Assembly: GCA_965116875.1 (NCBI GenBank)
Contig: OZ220733.1
Span: forward strand, 3,680,001 to 3,744,000
Direction of reading: 5' to 3'
Source of the DNA: Candidatus Latescibacterota bacterium
Lineage (GTDB): Bacteria; Latescibacterota; UBA2968; GCA-2709665
DNA length: 64,000 nucleotides
This document shows positions 48,931-58,286 of this stretch, piece after piece; positions within the stretch are counted from its first letter, which is position 1, and the number at the start of each line of letters is the position of its first letter. The notes under the pieces were generated by a model that was given only the letters and a program-made list of their open reading frames with translations, was not told where the DNA came from and searched no databases. The translations under genes were made by a program, and so were the position numbers.

Positions 48931-49986
48931 ATGCTTTCATCGCTTCTACTTGAACCCGGACGTCTGGAACTGCGAGACGTGGATATCCCCAGCGCCGGTC
49001 CCGGCGAAGTGGTTGTCAGGGTGCGGTCGGCGCTGACGTGCGGCACCGAACTGAAGACGTTCCGCCGCGGCCACCCCAAAATACCCACGCCAACGCCGCT
49101 GGGGCATGAGTTCTCCGGCGATATCTATGAGGTCGGCGAAGGCGTGACCAGATTCAAGTCGGGCGACCAGGTAATGACCGCGCCTACAGCGCCGTGCGGC
49201 GAGTGCGTGGACTGCCGGAAGTCACGGGAAAACCTCTGCCCGTACGCGATCGATGAAATGGTTTTCGGCGCTTTCGCGGAGTACGTCCGTGTGCCCGCGC
49301 ACGTCGTCCAGAACAACATGTTCAAGAAGCCTGCCGATCTCTCCTACGAAGAGGCCGCCATGCTGGAGCCGCTCGCGTGCGTGGTCTACGGCATGGACCA
49401 GGTACTAATGGGGCCGGACGCTACCGTGCTCATCATCGGTGCGGGCGCCATCGGATTGATGCACACGGCCGTCGTACACGCCTTCGGCGCCAGCCGCGTG
49501 ATTGTCGCGGGCAGGCGCGAATACCGTCTCAAACTCGCCACGACGCTCGGCGCGGACGAAATCATAGACGTGGAAGAGGAAAACGCAATCGACCGCGTGA
49601 AGGAACTGACGGGCGGCATCGGCGCGGACCTGGTGATCGAATGCACCGGCCAGCTCGCCGTCTGGGAGAGTACGCCGGACCTGGTCGCCAAGGGCGGCAC
49701 GATCGTCCTGTTCGGCGGCCTTCCGAAGGGCACCGTCGCCACCTTCGACACCGCCCGGTTACACTACGATCAGATTACCCTGAAAGGCGTGTTTCACTAC
49801 AGCCGCAGCGCCGTAAAGAAGGCCTACCAGATGCTGGTCGACAGAAAGATCCACCTCAACGGCCTGATTTCCGGCACCTATTCCCTGTCCGATCTGAAAC
49901 ACGTCTTCGAGCTTCTTCTGAAAAAGGGCAACGACGTCAAATTCGCGGTCGTTCCCTCCGAACCCAGCCCGGAAAAAGCCGGATGA
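48931..49986 (+). CDS. Zinc-dependent alcohol dehydrogenase (MDR)
   Basis: CGTE, GHEFSG, CGECVDC..C, GAGAIG. Confidence 0.92.
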   Translation: MLSSLLLEPGRLELRDVDIPSAGPGEVVVRVRSALTCGTELKTFRRGHPKIPTPTPLGHEFSGDIYEVGEGVTRFKSGDQVMTAPTAPCGECVDCRKSRENLCPYAIDEMVFGAFAEYVRVPAHVVQNNMFKKPADLSYEEAAMLEPLACVVYGMDQVLMGPDATVLIIGAGAIGLMHTAVVHAFGASRVIVAGRREYRLKLATTLGADEIIDVEEENAIDRVKELTGGIGADLVIECTGQLAVWESTPDLVAKGGTIVLFGGLPKGTVATFDTARLHYDQITLKGVFHYSRSAVKKAYQMLVDRKIHLNGLISGTYSLSDLKHVFELLLKKGNDVKFAVVPSEPSPEKAG

Positions 49987-51026
49987 TGCGCGTGGCCCGC
50001 CTGTACGACTACGGCGACATCCGCATCGATGAAGAACCGATCCCCGCAATCGGGCCCGAAGACGCCCTCGTCAAAATGGCGGTCTGCGGCATCTGCACGA
50101 GCGATACCCTGCCGTGGTACGTCCGCCGCAAGGCGCCGATCGTCCTCGGGCACGAACCCGCCGGGACCATTGTCGACGTCGGTTCCGAAACCTCCGGTTT
50201 CTCAACGGGCGATCGTGTTTTCGTTCATCATCATGCCCCCTGCATGCGCTGCCGTTTGTGCCGCCGGGGGCATTTTTCAATGTGCCCCACGTGGAAGGCT
50301 TCCGCCCTGGACCCGGGTGGCCTCGCCGAATTCGTGCGTGTTCCCGGCCTCAACCTTTCCACGGACACCCTCAAACTTCCGGCCGCGCTTTCCCTTGAAG
50401 ACGGCGCCTTCGTGGAACCGACGGCCTGTGCGGTCCAGGCGCTGAAACGCCGCGCCCGCATGAAACCCGGAGACCGCGTCCTCATCATCGGTATGGGCAT
50501 AATGGGTCAGATTCTTGCGTTGGTCGCCAGGCACTACGGCGCGTCACCCGTGATCGCGGCCGACAAGGTTCCCTACCGGCTGGAGAAAGCGCGGGAACTC
50601 GGGGCCGACAGGAGCGTCGACGTTTCGCGGGAGACGCTGGCCGAATCCGTTGCCGCCGCCACCGGGGGCGGCCTGGCCGACGTGGTTGTGGTCGGGCCGG
50701 GCACGCGCTCGGCGATGGAGGCGGGATTCTCGGCAGTGGGCGTGGGGGGGACCGTACTCCTGTTCACGCCTGACGAACCGGGCCGGACCCTGCCTGTGGA
50801 TACTTACGATCTGTATTCCAGGGACATCACGCTGACAACCAGCTATTCATGCGGTCCGCCGGACACTTTGGAGGCGCTCGACATCGTAGGCCTCGGCGTG
50901 GTGAACGCAAAAAAACTCGTCACTCACCGCTTTCCGCTGGAAGAAACCGCCGCCGGTTTTCAGACCGTGGCCGAGGCCGGCGAATCCATAAAGACGCTTA
51001 TTGTCATCGACGAGACACAGGCGTAG
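49983..51026 (+). CDS. Zinc-dependent alcohol dehydrogenase (MDR)
   Basis: CTSD, GHEPAG, CMRCRLC..C, GMGIMG. Confidence 0.92.
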   Translation: MMRVARLYDYGDIRIDEEPIPAIGPEDALVKMAVCGICTSDTLPWYVRRKAPIVLGHEPAGTIVDVGSETSGFSTGDRVFVHHHAPCMRCRLCRRGHFSMCPTWKASALDPGGLAEFVRVPGLNLSTDTLKLPAALSLEDGAFVEPTACAVQALKRRARMKPGDRVLIIGMGIMGQILALVARHYGASPVIAADKVPYRLEKARELGADRSVDVSRETLAESVAAATGGGLADVVVVGPGTRSAMEAGFSAVGVGGTVLLFTPDEPGRTLPVDTYDLYSRDITLTTSYSCGPPDTLEALDIVGLGVVNAKKLVTHRFPLEETAAGFQTVAEAGESIKTLIVIDETQA

Positions 51027-51075
51027 TTCCAGGCCCTGCAATTCACGGCTCTTCGTTTTCAGAAAGGACTCCGGC

Positions 51076-51267
51076 ATGCCCTTTGTCAACGTTAAAATGC
51101 TCGACGGCCGCACGAGCGATCAGAAGCGCGAACTGGTCAAGGCCATCACAGACGCCCTGGAGGACATCTGCGGCGCAAAACCGGGTGGCACGATGGTGGT
51201 CATCGAGGAAGTCTCGCGGGACCACTGGGCCGTGAGCGGCGAGCTGATTTCAGACAGGGACGCATAG
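51076..51267 (+). CDS. 4-oxalocrotonate tautomerase family protein
   Basis: N-terminal catalytic Pro (MPFVNV), GRTSDQK, HWAVSG; AAGGA RBS. Confidence 0.92.
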   Translation: MPFVNVKMLDGRTSDQKRELVKAITDALEDICGAKPGGTMVVIEEVSRDHWAVSGELISDRDA

Positions 51268-51360
51268 CCCGCGAAAGTGCCGCCGGTGCGCGGTCACGCG
51301 GGCGTGAAGGGTGAAACCGGCGTCCGGAATCCCCGAAGCCGGGATTCCGCGTGTTTGATC

Positions 51361-51389
51361 TTGACAGAAATATGCCGGCCGCCTATATT
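51361..51389 (+). promoter_or_regulatory. Sigma70 promoter
   Basis: TTGACA-17-TATATT. Confidence 0.6.
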
Positions 51390-51511
51390 GCACCGATCCG
51401 CGGACCGGGCCGGAGAAACGGTTTCATTTCCGGCGCGCTCCTCCCTGGATGCGGAATGAGCCGCGGTTCGTGGCCCTCACGATTCGTTGCAATAGAGAAA
51501 GGGGAAAGGCT

Positions 51512-52744
51512 TTGAACCCTGTAATTCGATTCCTACGCCACGCGGGCATTTTCGTGCTCGCGCTTCTTCTGTTGGCCAGTCTCGGCGCCGGGCAGGCGTC
51601 CGCCTCGAAAAAGAGGATCACCAAAGGCGACGCCAAAATCGCCAAGCGGTCCGCCCACCTCTACATCAGCCAGCGCCTGTTCGACAAGGCCCTGGCCCAG
51701 TTGCTGATCGTCATCGAGGGCGACCCGGAGGACGTAGAGGCCCACTTCATGCTCGGCGAAATCTACTCCGAGAAAAACCTGCAGGATGAAATGAGGAAGG
51801 AATTCGAATGGGTCCTTGCAACCAAAAAGGGCAAGAGGAAATATGCCAAGAAAATCCAGCCCTACCTGGACATGTGGTGGAGCAGGAACTACAATAACGC
51901 CGTCCGGGCGATCGGCGCCGAAGACTACGGCGCGGCCATCGAATCGCTTCAGAAAGCCATCGCGCTTTCGCCGGAGAAGCCCATGAGCTATCAGGCGCTG
52001 GGGGTGGCGTACCTGAACATGGGCCAGGCGCAGGCCGGTATCGACGCCTACGAAAAGGCGGTCGAGCTGGACAGCACGGAAGCATCGTCGTTTGTCAACC
52101 TGGGCCGGGCGTATATGAATCTCAAGAATTACGAAGAAGCGATGCAGTGCTTCACCAGAGCCCATCAACTGGCTCCTGACAACGCCGGCTTTCTGAACGA
52201 CCTCGCCCGCGCCCAGCAGTTTGCGGGTGACACCGCGGCCGCCCTCGAATCCGCGGAGAAAGCCCTGGCCATCGAACCCGACAATCTCGGCGTTCTCGAG
52301 ATGGCCGGTCAGATGCAGTTGTTGGGAGGCAATTACGAGGCGGCGGCCGGACTCCTCGAAAGGGTGGCCGCTCAGAAGCCGGAGGACGTGGATAACCTGT
52401 TCAATCTCGCGGAGTGCTACAGGAACCTGGGGAGGGTCGATGAGGCCGTCAACCTGTTCCTGAAGAGTGTCCAGGCCAACCCGCAGGACGCGGACGCGTG
52501 GTTCCGGCTGGGCAGAATCTACGAAAAACAGGACAAACTCAAGGACTCCATAGAAGCCCTCAATATGGTCGTGAGCCTCCGACCCACCAGTGTGAAGGGC
52601 TGGCAGGCGCTGTCCCGGTCGTGGGCCCTGCTTTCGAAGGAACAATCTGATGGAGGCCTGGACGACGCGGCATCGGAAAGCGCAAAGAAAGCCGAAGAGG
52701 CCTATAATATGAGTACGAGTCTGCAAGACCAGGCCGGTGAGTGA
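51512..52744 (+). CDS. Exported TPR repeat protein
   Basis: Signal peptide and multiple TPR motifs; start uncertain (TTG). Confidence 0.85.
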   Translation: MNPVIRFLRHAGIFVLALLLLASLGAGQASASKKRITKGDAKIAKRSAHLYISQRLFDKALAQLLIVIEGDPEDVEAHFMLGEIYSEKNLQDEMRKEFEWVLATKKGKRKYAKKIQPYLDMWWSRNYNNAVRAIGAEDYGAAIESLQKAIALSPEKPMSYQALGVAYLNMGQAQAGIDAYEKAVELDSTEASSFVNLGRAYMNLKNYEEAMQCFTRAHQLAPDNAGFLNDLARAQQFAGDTAAALESAEKALAIEPDNLGVLEMAGQMQLLGGNYEAAAGLLERVAAQKPEDVDNLFNLAECYRNLGRVDEAVNLFLKSVQANPQDADAWFRLGRIYEKQDKLKDSIEALNMVVSLRPTSVKGWQALSRSWALLSKEQSDGGLDDAASESAKKAEEAYNMSTSLQDQAGE

Positions 52745-52771
52745 ATCAGGGGACCCCGGGGAGAAATACGG

Positions 52772-53782
52772 ATGTATCTGACGGACGAAAAAGTAGCCGT
52801 TCTGGGCGCGGCGGGAGCCATTGGCTCAAATCTCGCCCAGACCCTGCTGGCCTCGGGAACCGCCGGCAGGGTATCCATGTACGACCCGTTCGAACCGGGC
52901 CTGGAAGGCGCCGCTGAGGAAATCTATCACTGCGGATTCCCGGGTGCGAACGTCTGTTGGACCGCAGACATCGCCGAAGCGCTCTCCGACGCCAGCTATG
53001 TGATCAGTTCGGGCGGCGCGCCCAGAAAGGAAGGGATGACGCGCGAAGACCTCACGCGGGATAACGGCCTGATCGCGAAACAGCTCGGCCTCGACATCAA
53101 ACGGTATTGTCCCAACTGCAAATTCGTCATTATCATCTTCAACCCCGCCGACATCACAGGGCTCACCACGCTGGTGCACTCCGGGCTTCCGGCCGGCCGC
53201 GTGTCCACGCTGGCCGCCCTGGACAGCACCCGGCTGCAAACGGCGCTGGCCCAGCACTTCAGGATCCGGCAGGACCGCGTGACGGGATGCAAGACGTACG
53301 GAGGTCATGGCGAGTCGATGGCCGTATTCAAGGGCGGCACAGCAGTGGACGGTATTCCACTCACGGATATACTGGCGGGGAAAACCGCAAACGGCATCGG
53401 CCTGACAGCAGAAGCGTGGAGCGGCATCCAGGCCCACGTGACCGGCGGCGGCGCCCGGATCATCCAGTTGCGAGGGCGCTCCTCCTTCCAGTCACCCGCG
53501 CAGCAGAGCGTCTTCATGTTGCGGGGGCTGTTCGGCGAGCCCTACGACTGGCCCTGCGGCGCTTACGTCAACAACGGGGAATTCAGCAGAATCATGATGG
53601 CGATGCCCGCCACCCTGTCGTCAGACGGCGTAACCGGCAGCATGCCCCAGGGAACGGAGGAGGACCTGCAGGCGTTGAGGGATTCCTACGCGCACCTCGT
53701 CGGATTGCGGGACGAAATCATCGCGGAGGGCATACTGCCGCCGCTGTCCGAATGGGGACGCAGCAATTCGAATCTGGCATAG
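52772..53782 (+). CDS. mdh: Malate dehydrogenase (LDH/MDH family)
   Basis: GAAGAIGS, GAPRKEGMTREDL, FNPAD, LDSTRL, GGHGE. Confidence 0.88.
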   Translation: MYLTDEKVAVLGAAGAIGSNLAQTLLASGTAGRVSMYDPFEPGLEGAAEEIYHCGFPGANVCWTADIAEALSDASYVISSGGAPRKEGMTREDLTRDNGLIAKQLGLDIKRYCPNCKFVIIIFNPADITGLTTLVHSGLPAGRVSTLAALDSTRLQTALAQHFRIRQDRVTGCKTYGGHGESMAVFKGGTAVDGIPLTDILAGKTANGIGLTAEAWSGIQAHVTGGGARIIQLRGRSSFQSPAQQSVFMLRGLFGEPYDWPCGAYVNNGEFSRIMMAMPATLSSDGVTGSMPQGTEEDLQALRDSYAHLVGLRDEIIAEGILPPLSEWGRSNSNLA

Positions 53783-53805
53783 AATCGGAAGGATTCCGCA
53801 TGTCG

Positions 53806-53838
53806 AAGGGGCGCCCGTCGGGTTGCCCCTTTTCGTTT
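53806..53838 (+). terminator. Intrinsic terminator
   Basis: AAGGGGCGCCCG-TCGGGTTGCCCCTT followed by TTCGTTT. Confidence 0.6.
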
Positions 53839-53937
53839 GCCGCGGTACGGCTTTTTCGTTATTTTCCGGCCCATCCTGCCGCCCGCGGAACCCTTCTCAA
53901 TTTCAACGTCGAGGAACCCCTGTCCGCACCATACGAC

Positions 53938-55068
53938 ATGCTCATCAAGGGCGGCACGGTTATCGATCCGGCGCAGGGTCTGCACGCGGTACGGGACGTG
54001 GCCATAGCGGGCGGGCGCATCGCCGCGCTGGACAATGAGATCTACGAAGAGACGGCGCAGACCGTGATCGACGCCGCCGGCTACCTGGTGGCGCCCGGAC
54101 TGATCGATCTGCACGTCCACGTCTGGTGGGGGGTATCCCACTACGGCGTGGCGCCGGACCCCACGTGTCTGGCCAGGGGCGTGACGACCGTCTACGACAC
54201 GGGTTCGGCGGGCGCGGACACGTTTCCAGGATTCAAGAAGTACGTGATCGACGCCAGCGCGACCCGCATCAAGGCCTTCCTCCACGTCTCGTCCCAGGGC
54301 CTGTTGTCGCCGGGAATCGGTGAGTTGACCGATCTCCGGTTCGCGAACGTGGACCGCGCCGTACGGATGTGTGAGGCGCACAGGGATGACATCGTCGGCG
54401 TCAAGATCCGGATGTCGAAGGGTCTGGTGGGGGAGAACGGCAGAGAATGCCTGAAGCGCGTGTGCGAGATACGCGACGCCACCGGGCTCCCGCTGATGGT
54501 ACATCCCAACGCCAGCCCCCTCCCGTTCGATGAAATGATCGCCGAACTGCGACCGGGAGATATCGTCACCCACTGCTTTCACCAGAGCGACACCGGTATT
54601 CTGGACGAATCGGGCGTGGTCCGTCTTTCGGCGCGCAAAGCCTCCGAAGACGGCATTCTGTTCGACGTGGGCCATGGTCAGGGCAGCTTCGTGTTCGACG
54701 TTGCCGAGGCCGCGATGTCCCAGGGATTCCCGCCGGACACCATTTCCAGCGACCTCCACGCCTATAATCTGGACGGGCCTGTGTACGACCTTGTCACCAC
54801 CGTCTCCAAGTTCCTCTTCCTTGGCCTCTCGCTGGATCAGGCCCTCGAGAAGGTGACGGCGGCTCCCGCACGCGCCATGGGTGTGCTCGGCGAAATCGGT
54901 ACGCTCCGGGCCGATGCGAATGCCGACCTGACCATTCTCGATCTCAAGGCGGGCAGCTTCGTTTTCACCGATACCCGCGGACGGACCCGTCCGGCCGAAC
55001 AGAAGCTTGAAGTGGTTTCCACCGTCCGCGCGGGTCGGCTGTACGCGCCGTCGGCTTTCGAAAATTGA
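53938..55068 (+). CDS. Amidohydrolase/deacetylase (dihydroorotase-like)
   Basis: PGLIDLHVH, GVKIR, THCF, DVGHG, ISSDLH; possible CTG start at 53920 after GAGGA. Confidence 0.88.
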   Translation: MLIKGGTVIDPAQGLHAVRDVAIAGGRIAALDNEIYEETAQTVIDAAGYLVAPGLIDLHVHVWWGVSHYGVAPDPTCLARGVTTVYDTGSAGADTFPGFKKYVIDASATRIKAFLHVSSQGLLSPGIGELTDLRFANVDRAVRMCEAHRDDIVGVKIRMSKGLVGENGRECLKRVCEIRDATGLPLMVHPNASPLPFDEMIAELRPGDIVTHCFHQSDTGILDESGVVRLSARKASEDGILFDVGHGQGSFVFDVAEAAMSQGFPPDTISSDLHAYNLDGPVYDLVTTVSKFLFLGLSLDQALEKVTAAPARAMGVLGEIGTLRADANADLTILDLKAGSFVFTDTRGRTRPAEQKLEVVSTVRAGRLYAPSAFEN

Positions 55069-55086
55069 CACCCGAGAGAGTTTCCC

Positions 55087-55869
55087 ATGAATATCATGGT
55101 ACTGTGCGACCTCGAAGGCGCCGCGGGCGTTGTCGACTTTCATACGCAGACCTATGACAACACGCGATACAACGACCAGGCGAAAAACCTGTCCACCCTG
55201 GAAATAAACGCGCTTGTCGACGGCGCTCTGGAAGGCGGGGCGGACCAGGTCATCGTCCTCGACGGACACGGCAGCGGCGGCATCAACATTGAAATGATTC
55301 ACTATGAAGCCAGGGTGATGTTCGGCCGTCCGCTGATTTCCGCGTGGGACCTCGGCATTGACTTTGACGCCATGTTTCTGTATGGTCACCACGCGATGGA
55401 GAATACGCCCGCGGGGGTGCTGTGCCACAGCTGGAGTTCTCGCGCAATTTCAAACTGCTGGCTGAACGGGGAACTCATCGGGGAGATCGGGTTCAACATC
55501 GCCAGCGCCGGGGAGGCCGGCGTTCCCACGGCGTTCATCAGCGGCGACCGGGCCGCCGTGGACGAAGCGCGGGCATACGTGGAGAATATCGAAGGCGTTG
55601 TCGTCAAGGAGGGGCTCAGCCGTACCGCGGCGCTTACACTTTCTCCCGCAAAGGCACGGGACCTCATCCGCGAAGGCGCGAAAAAGGCAATGGGTCGCAT
55701 CGGGGATATCGCGCCCTATCGAATTTCGGGTCCCTACACGTTTGAAACGGAATACAGGGCCGAATCCAGCGCCGCGTCCAAGGCCTCCGGCCCCGGCGTC
55801 GAGCGTGTCGATACCCACACGGTCAGAGTAACCGGTGACTCGCTCGCCGCGATCGCGAAAAGAAAATAA
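55087..55869 (+). CDS. M55 family D-aminopeptidase (DppA-like)
   Basis: DLEG, DGHG, GHHA, LCHSW, GEIG, SGD. Confidence 0.9.
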   Translation: MNIMVLCDLEGAAGVVDFHTQTYDNTRYNDQAKNLSTLEINALVDGALEGGADQVIVLDGHGSGGINIEMIHYEARVMFGRPLISAWDLGIDFDAMFLYGHHAMENTPAGVLCHSWSSRAISNCWLNGELIGEIGFNIASAGEAGVPTAFISGDRAAVDEARAYVENIEGVVVKEGLSRTAALTLSPAKARDLIREGAKKAMGRIGDIAPYRISGPYTFETEYRAESSAASKASGPGVERVDTHTVRVTGDSLAAIAKRK

Positions 55870-55892
55870 CCGCACGTTTACAGGTACTGCGA

Positions 55893-56990
55893 ATGAGCTA
55901 CTCGCCCGTCGGATTTGAGAAATGGGATCTGGATACGCCGGCGCTGATGCTGGATCTGGACCTGCTGGAAAACAACATCGCCCGGATTGCAGCCCGATGC
56001 AAAGCCTGCGGCGTCCAATGGCGTCCGCATACCAAGGGCAACAAGACACCTGCCATCGCGCACAAACTGCTCGACGCCGGCGCTATAGGCATTACGTGCG
56101 CGAAACTCGGTGAAGCGGAAGTCATGGCCGCATCGGGAATCAGGGACATCCTGGTTGCCAATCAGGTCGTGGGCGAGAGAAAGATGGCCCGTCTGGCCCA
56201 CCTGCAGCGGCATGCGGACGTCATGGTCGCCGTCGATCATCCCGTACACCTCAGCATGATTTCGGAAGCCGCTCAGGCCGCTGGCGTGCAGGTGCGCGTC
56301 CTGGTCGAACTGGACATCGGGATGGCGCGATGCGGGGTTGCGGCGGGTAAGCCTGCCCTGGAGCTGGCTCAGCAGGCCGATGCCGCGCCGGGTGTGGTAT
56401 TCTCCGGTCTGATGGGGTACGAGGGTCAGGCGATGGACCTGCCCGATCCGGAGAAAGAAGCCGCCTGCGCCTCAGCAGTCGCCCTCCTCGCGGGTTCCCG
56501 CGAGCGCATCGAGGCGTCGGGTATCGAGTGTCCGATCGTCAGCGCGGGCGGTACCGGAACGCTGGCGTTCACGCCGGACTGCCCGGGCCTCACCGAGATT
56601 CAGGCCGGCGGCGGGATCATGATGGACACCCTCTACGCCACGTCGATGGGGGTACGGGGGCTGGAACACGCCCTCTCCGTTCTTGCCACGGTGGTGAGCC
56701 GCCCCGCGCCCGACCGGGCCTTTATCGACGCCGGTCGAAAAACCACGTCGTCGCAGTTCGGTCTGCCCTGGGCGAAGGACAGGGAAGGCATTGACGTTGT
56801 CGGCCTGTCTGCGGAACACGGTCATCTGGAGCTGAAGAATCCCGATCACCCGTTGAAGATCGGGGACAAAATCGAACTCATCTCCGGTTACAGCGACATG
56901 ACGGTTTTTCTGCACAATGAGATCCACGGCATTCGCAACAACCGGGTGGAAGCCGTCTGGGACATCCTCGGGCGCGGCAAATTACAATGA
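55893..56990 (+). CDS. DSD1 family PLP enzyme (D-threonine aldolase/D-serine dehydratase-like)
   Basis: DTPAL, RPHTK, RCGV, GYEG, GGTGT, DAGRK, SAEHG. Confidence 0.9.
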   Translation: MSYSPVGFEKWDLDTPALMLDLDLLENNIARIAARCKACGVQWRPHTKGNKTPAIAHKLLDAGAIGITCAKLGEAEVMAASGIRDILVANQVVGERKMARLAHLQRHADVMVAVDHPVHLSMISEAAQAAGVQVRVLVELDIGMARCGVAAGKPALELAQQADAAPGVVFSGLMGYEGQAMDLPDPEKEAACASAVALLAGSRERIEASGIECPIVSAGGTGTLAFTPDCPGLTEIQAGGGIMMDTLYATSMGVRGLEHALSVLATVVSRPAPDRAFIDAGRKTTSSQFGLPWAKDREGIDVVGLSAEHGHLELKNPDHPLKIGDKIELISGYSDMTVFLHNEIHGIRNNRVEAVWDILGRGKLQ

Positions 56991-57086
56991 ATCCGGCGAA
57001 ACCGCCCATGTTCCTCAGCCGGACTGAATCCACTTCGCCAATCCCGATCATTCCAATCACAATCCTCCTTTCAATGGGGAAGAGAA

Positions 57087-57293
57087 ATGACCGAGCCGCG
57101 GTTCGTGGTGGACCAGGCCGGCAACCGGGTCGGCGTTCTACTGGACATCGATGATTACAGTCGCCTCCTCGAGGCATCCGGAATCCGGGAATCCGCCGGC
57201 GCACCGGAAGAGGAAAGGGGATCCCGCCCGGCCTATACCCCGGAAGAAAAGAAGCTGATGGAAGACCGGCTCGAGTCCCTGGGCTACCTCTGA
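57087..57293 (+). CDS. 68-aa hypothetical protein with a C-terminal RLESLGYL motif
   Basis: Clean ORF directly upstream of the sulfotransferase gene. Confidence 0.75.
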   Translation: MTEPRFVVDQAGNRVGVLLDIDDYSRLLEASGIRESAGAPEEERGSRPAYTPEEKKLMEDRLESLGYL

Positions 57294-57345
57294 GGTCCCC
57301 TTAAATCCGCGTTTTCAGTCCGCGCAACATGGGCGCAAGGGCAAC

Positions 57346-57924
57346 ATGGTCGATCCCGAAACGATAGTCGTCGTCTCCGGCCTGCCCCGATCGGGCACCT
57401 CGATGATGATGCAGATGCTCGAGGCGGGCGGCTTGCCCGTGCTGACGGACGGGCTGAGAACCGCTGACGAAGACAATCTCAAGGGCTATTTTGAATTCGA
57501 GAAGGTCAAGGCGCTGAAGTCGGACCGGAGTTGGCTACCCGAAGCCAGGGGCAAGGCCGTCAAGATTATCTCCGAACTGCTGAAGTACCTTCCGGATGCC
57601 TTTGAATACAGAATCATCTTCGTTCGCCGGGCCCTGGAGGAAGTTCTCGCCTCACAGGACCGTATGCTGGTCCGGCGGGGCGTGCAGCCCGGCGGCGGGG
57701 CGGAAAACGCGGAGATCGCCCGGGTTTTTCGAAGGCATCTCCAGGGGACGGAAGCATGGCTGTCAGGGCGCCCGGGCTTTCGGTCCCTCTATGCGGAACA
57801 TCGGCAGATTCTGGCGGATCCCGCCCGGGAGGCCGCCCGTGTCAATGCCTTTCTCGGCAATCGCCTCGATGAAGGGGCCATGGCGGCATCTATAGATCCC
57901 ACCCTGTATCGCCAGCGTCGATAG
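57346..57924 (+). CDS. Sulfotransferase family protein
   Basis: PAPS-binding VSGLPRSGTSMMM; R...EVLASQ. Confidence 0.85.
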   Translation: MVDPETIVVVSGLPRSGTSMMMQMLEAGGLPVLTDGLRTADEDNLKGYFEFEKVKALKSDRSWLPEARGKAVKIISELLKYLPDAFEYRIIFVRRALEEVLASQDRMLVRRGVQPGGGAENAEIARVFRRHLQGTEAWLSGRPGFRSLYAEHRQILADPAREAARVNAFLGNRLDEGAMAASIDPTLYRQRR

Positions 57925-57957
57925 ATTCGTACCTTCAAAGCTCCAAGCGCGTACCTC

Positions 57958-57988
57958 AAGGCGTCCTGTCAGGACGCCTTTTGCTTTT
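57958..57988 (+). terminator. Intrinsic terminator
   Basis: AAGGCGTCCT-GTC-AGGACGCCTT followed by TTGCTTTT. Confidence 0.75.
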
Positions 57989-58190
57989 CGTTTTTAACTG
58001 ATAGCTGAAGGCTGATCGCTGACAGCTAATGGTCGCCTTCCTTCTTCCTTCTCCCTTGCCTTTCCCTTCCTTTTTCCTTCTTCCTTTTTCCCAACAGATG
58101 TCGCTCATGTTCACAAGTGTGGACGATACACGACAGATTCACCGCTTGAGGATAATTTATAGATAATTGATTATAAATGATTTACGTTAT

Positions 58191-58206
58191 TGGCACGCTG
58201 ATTGCA
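58191..58206 (+). promoter_or_regulatory. Sigma54 (-24/-12) promoter
   Basis: TGGCACG-CTGA-TTGCA matches consensus; AT-rich tract at 58151-58190 just upstream. Confidence 0.78.
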
Positions 58207-58286
58207 TATGTCTTCGGCAGCGGCAACGAAAAAAGCCTCATCACCACTCGCGGGAACTCGATACAATCAGGGTCCGCGGAGGATCC

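Noticed and set aside
58030-58095. Polypyrimidine tract
   Set aside because: Low-complexity degenerate TTCC(C/T)T repeats with no further supporting structure
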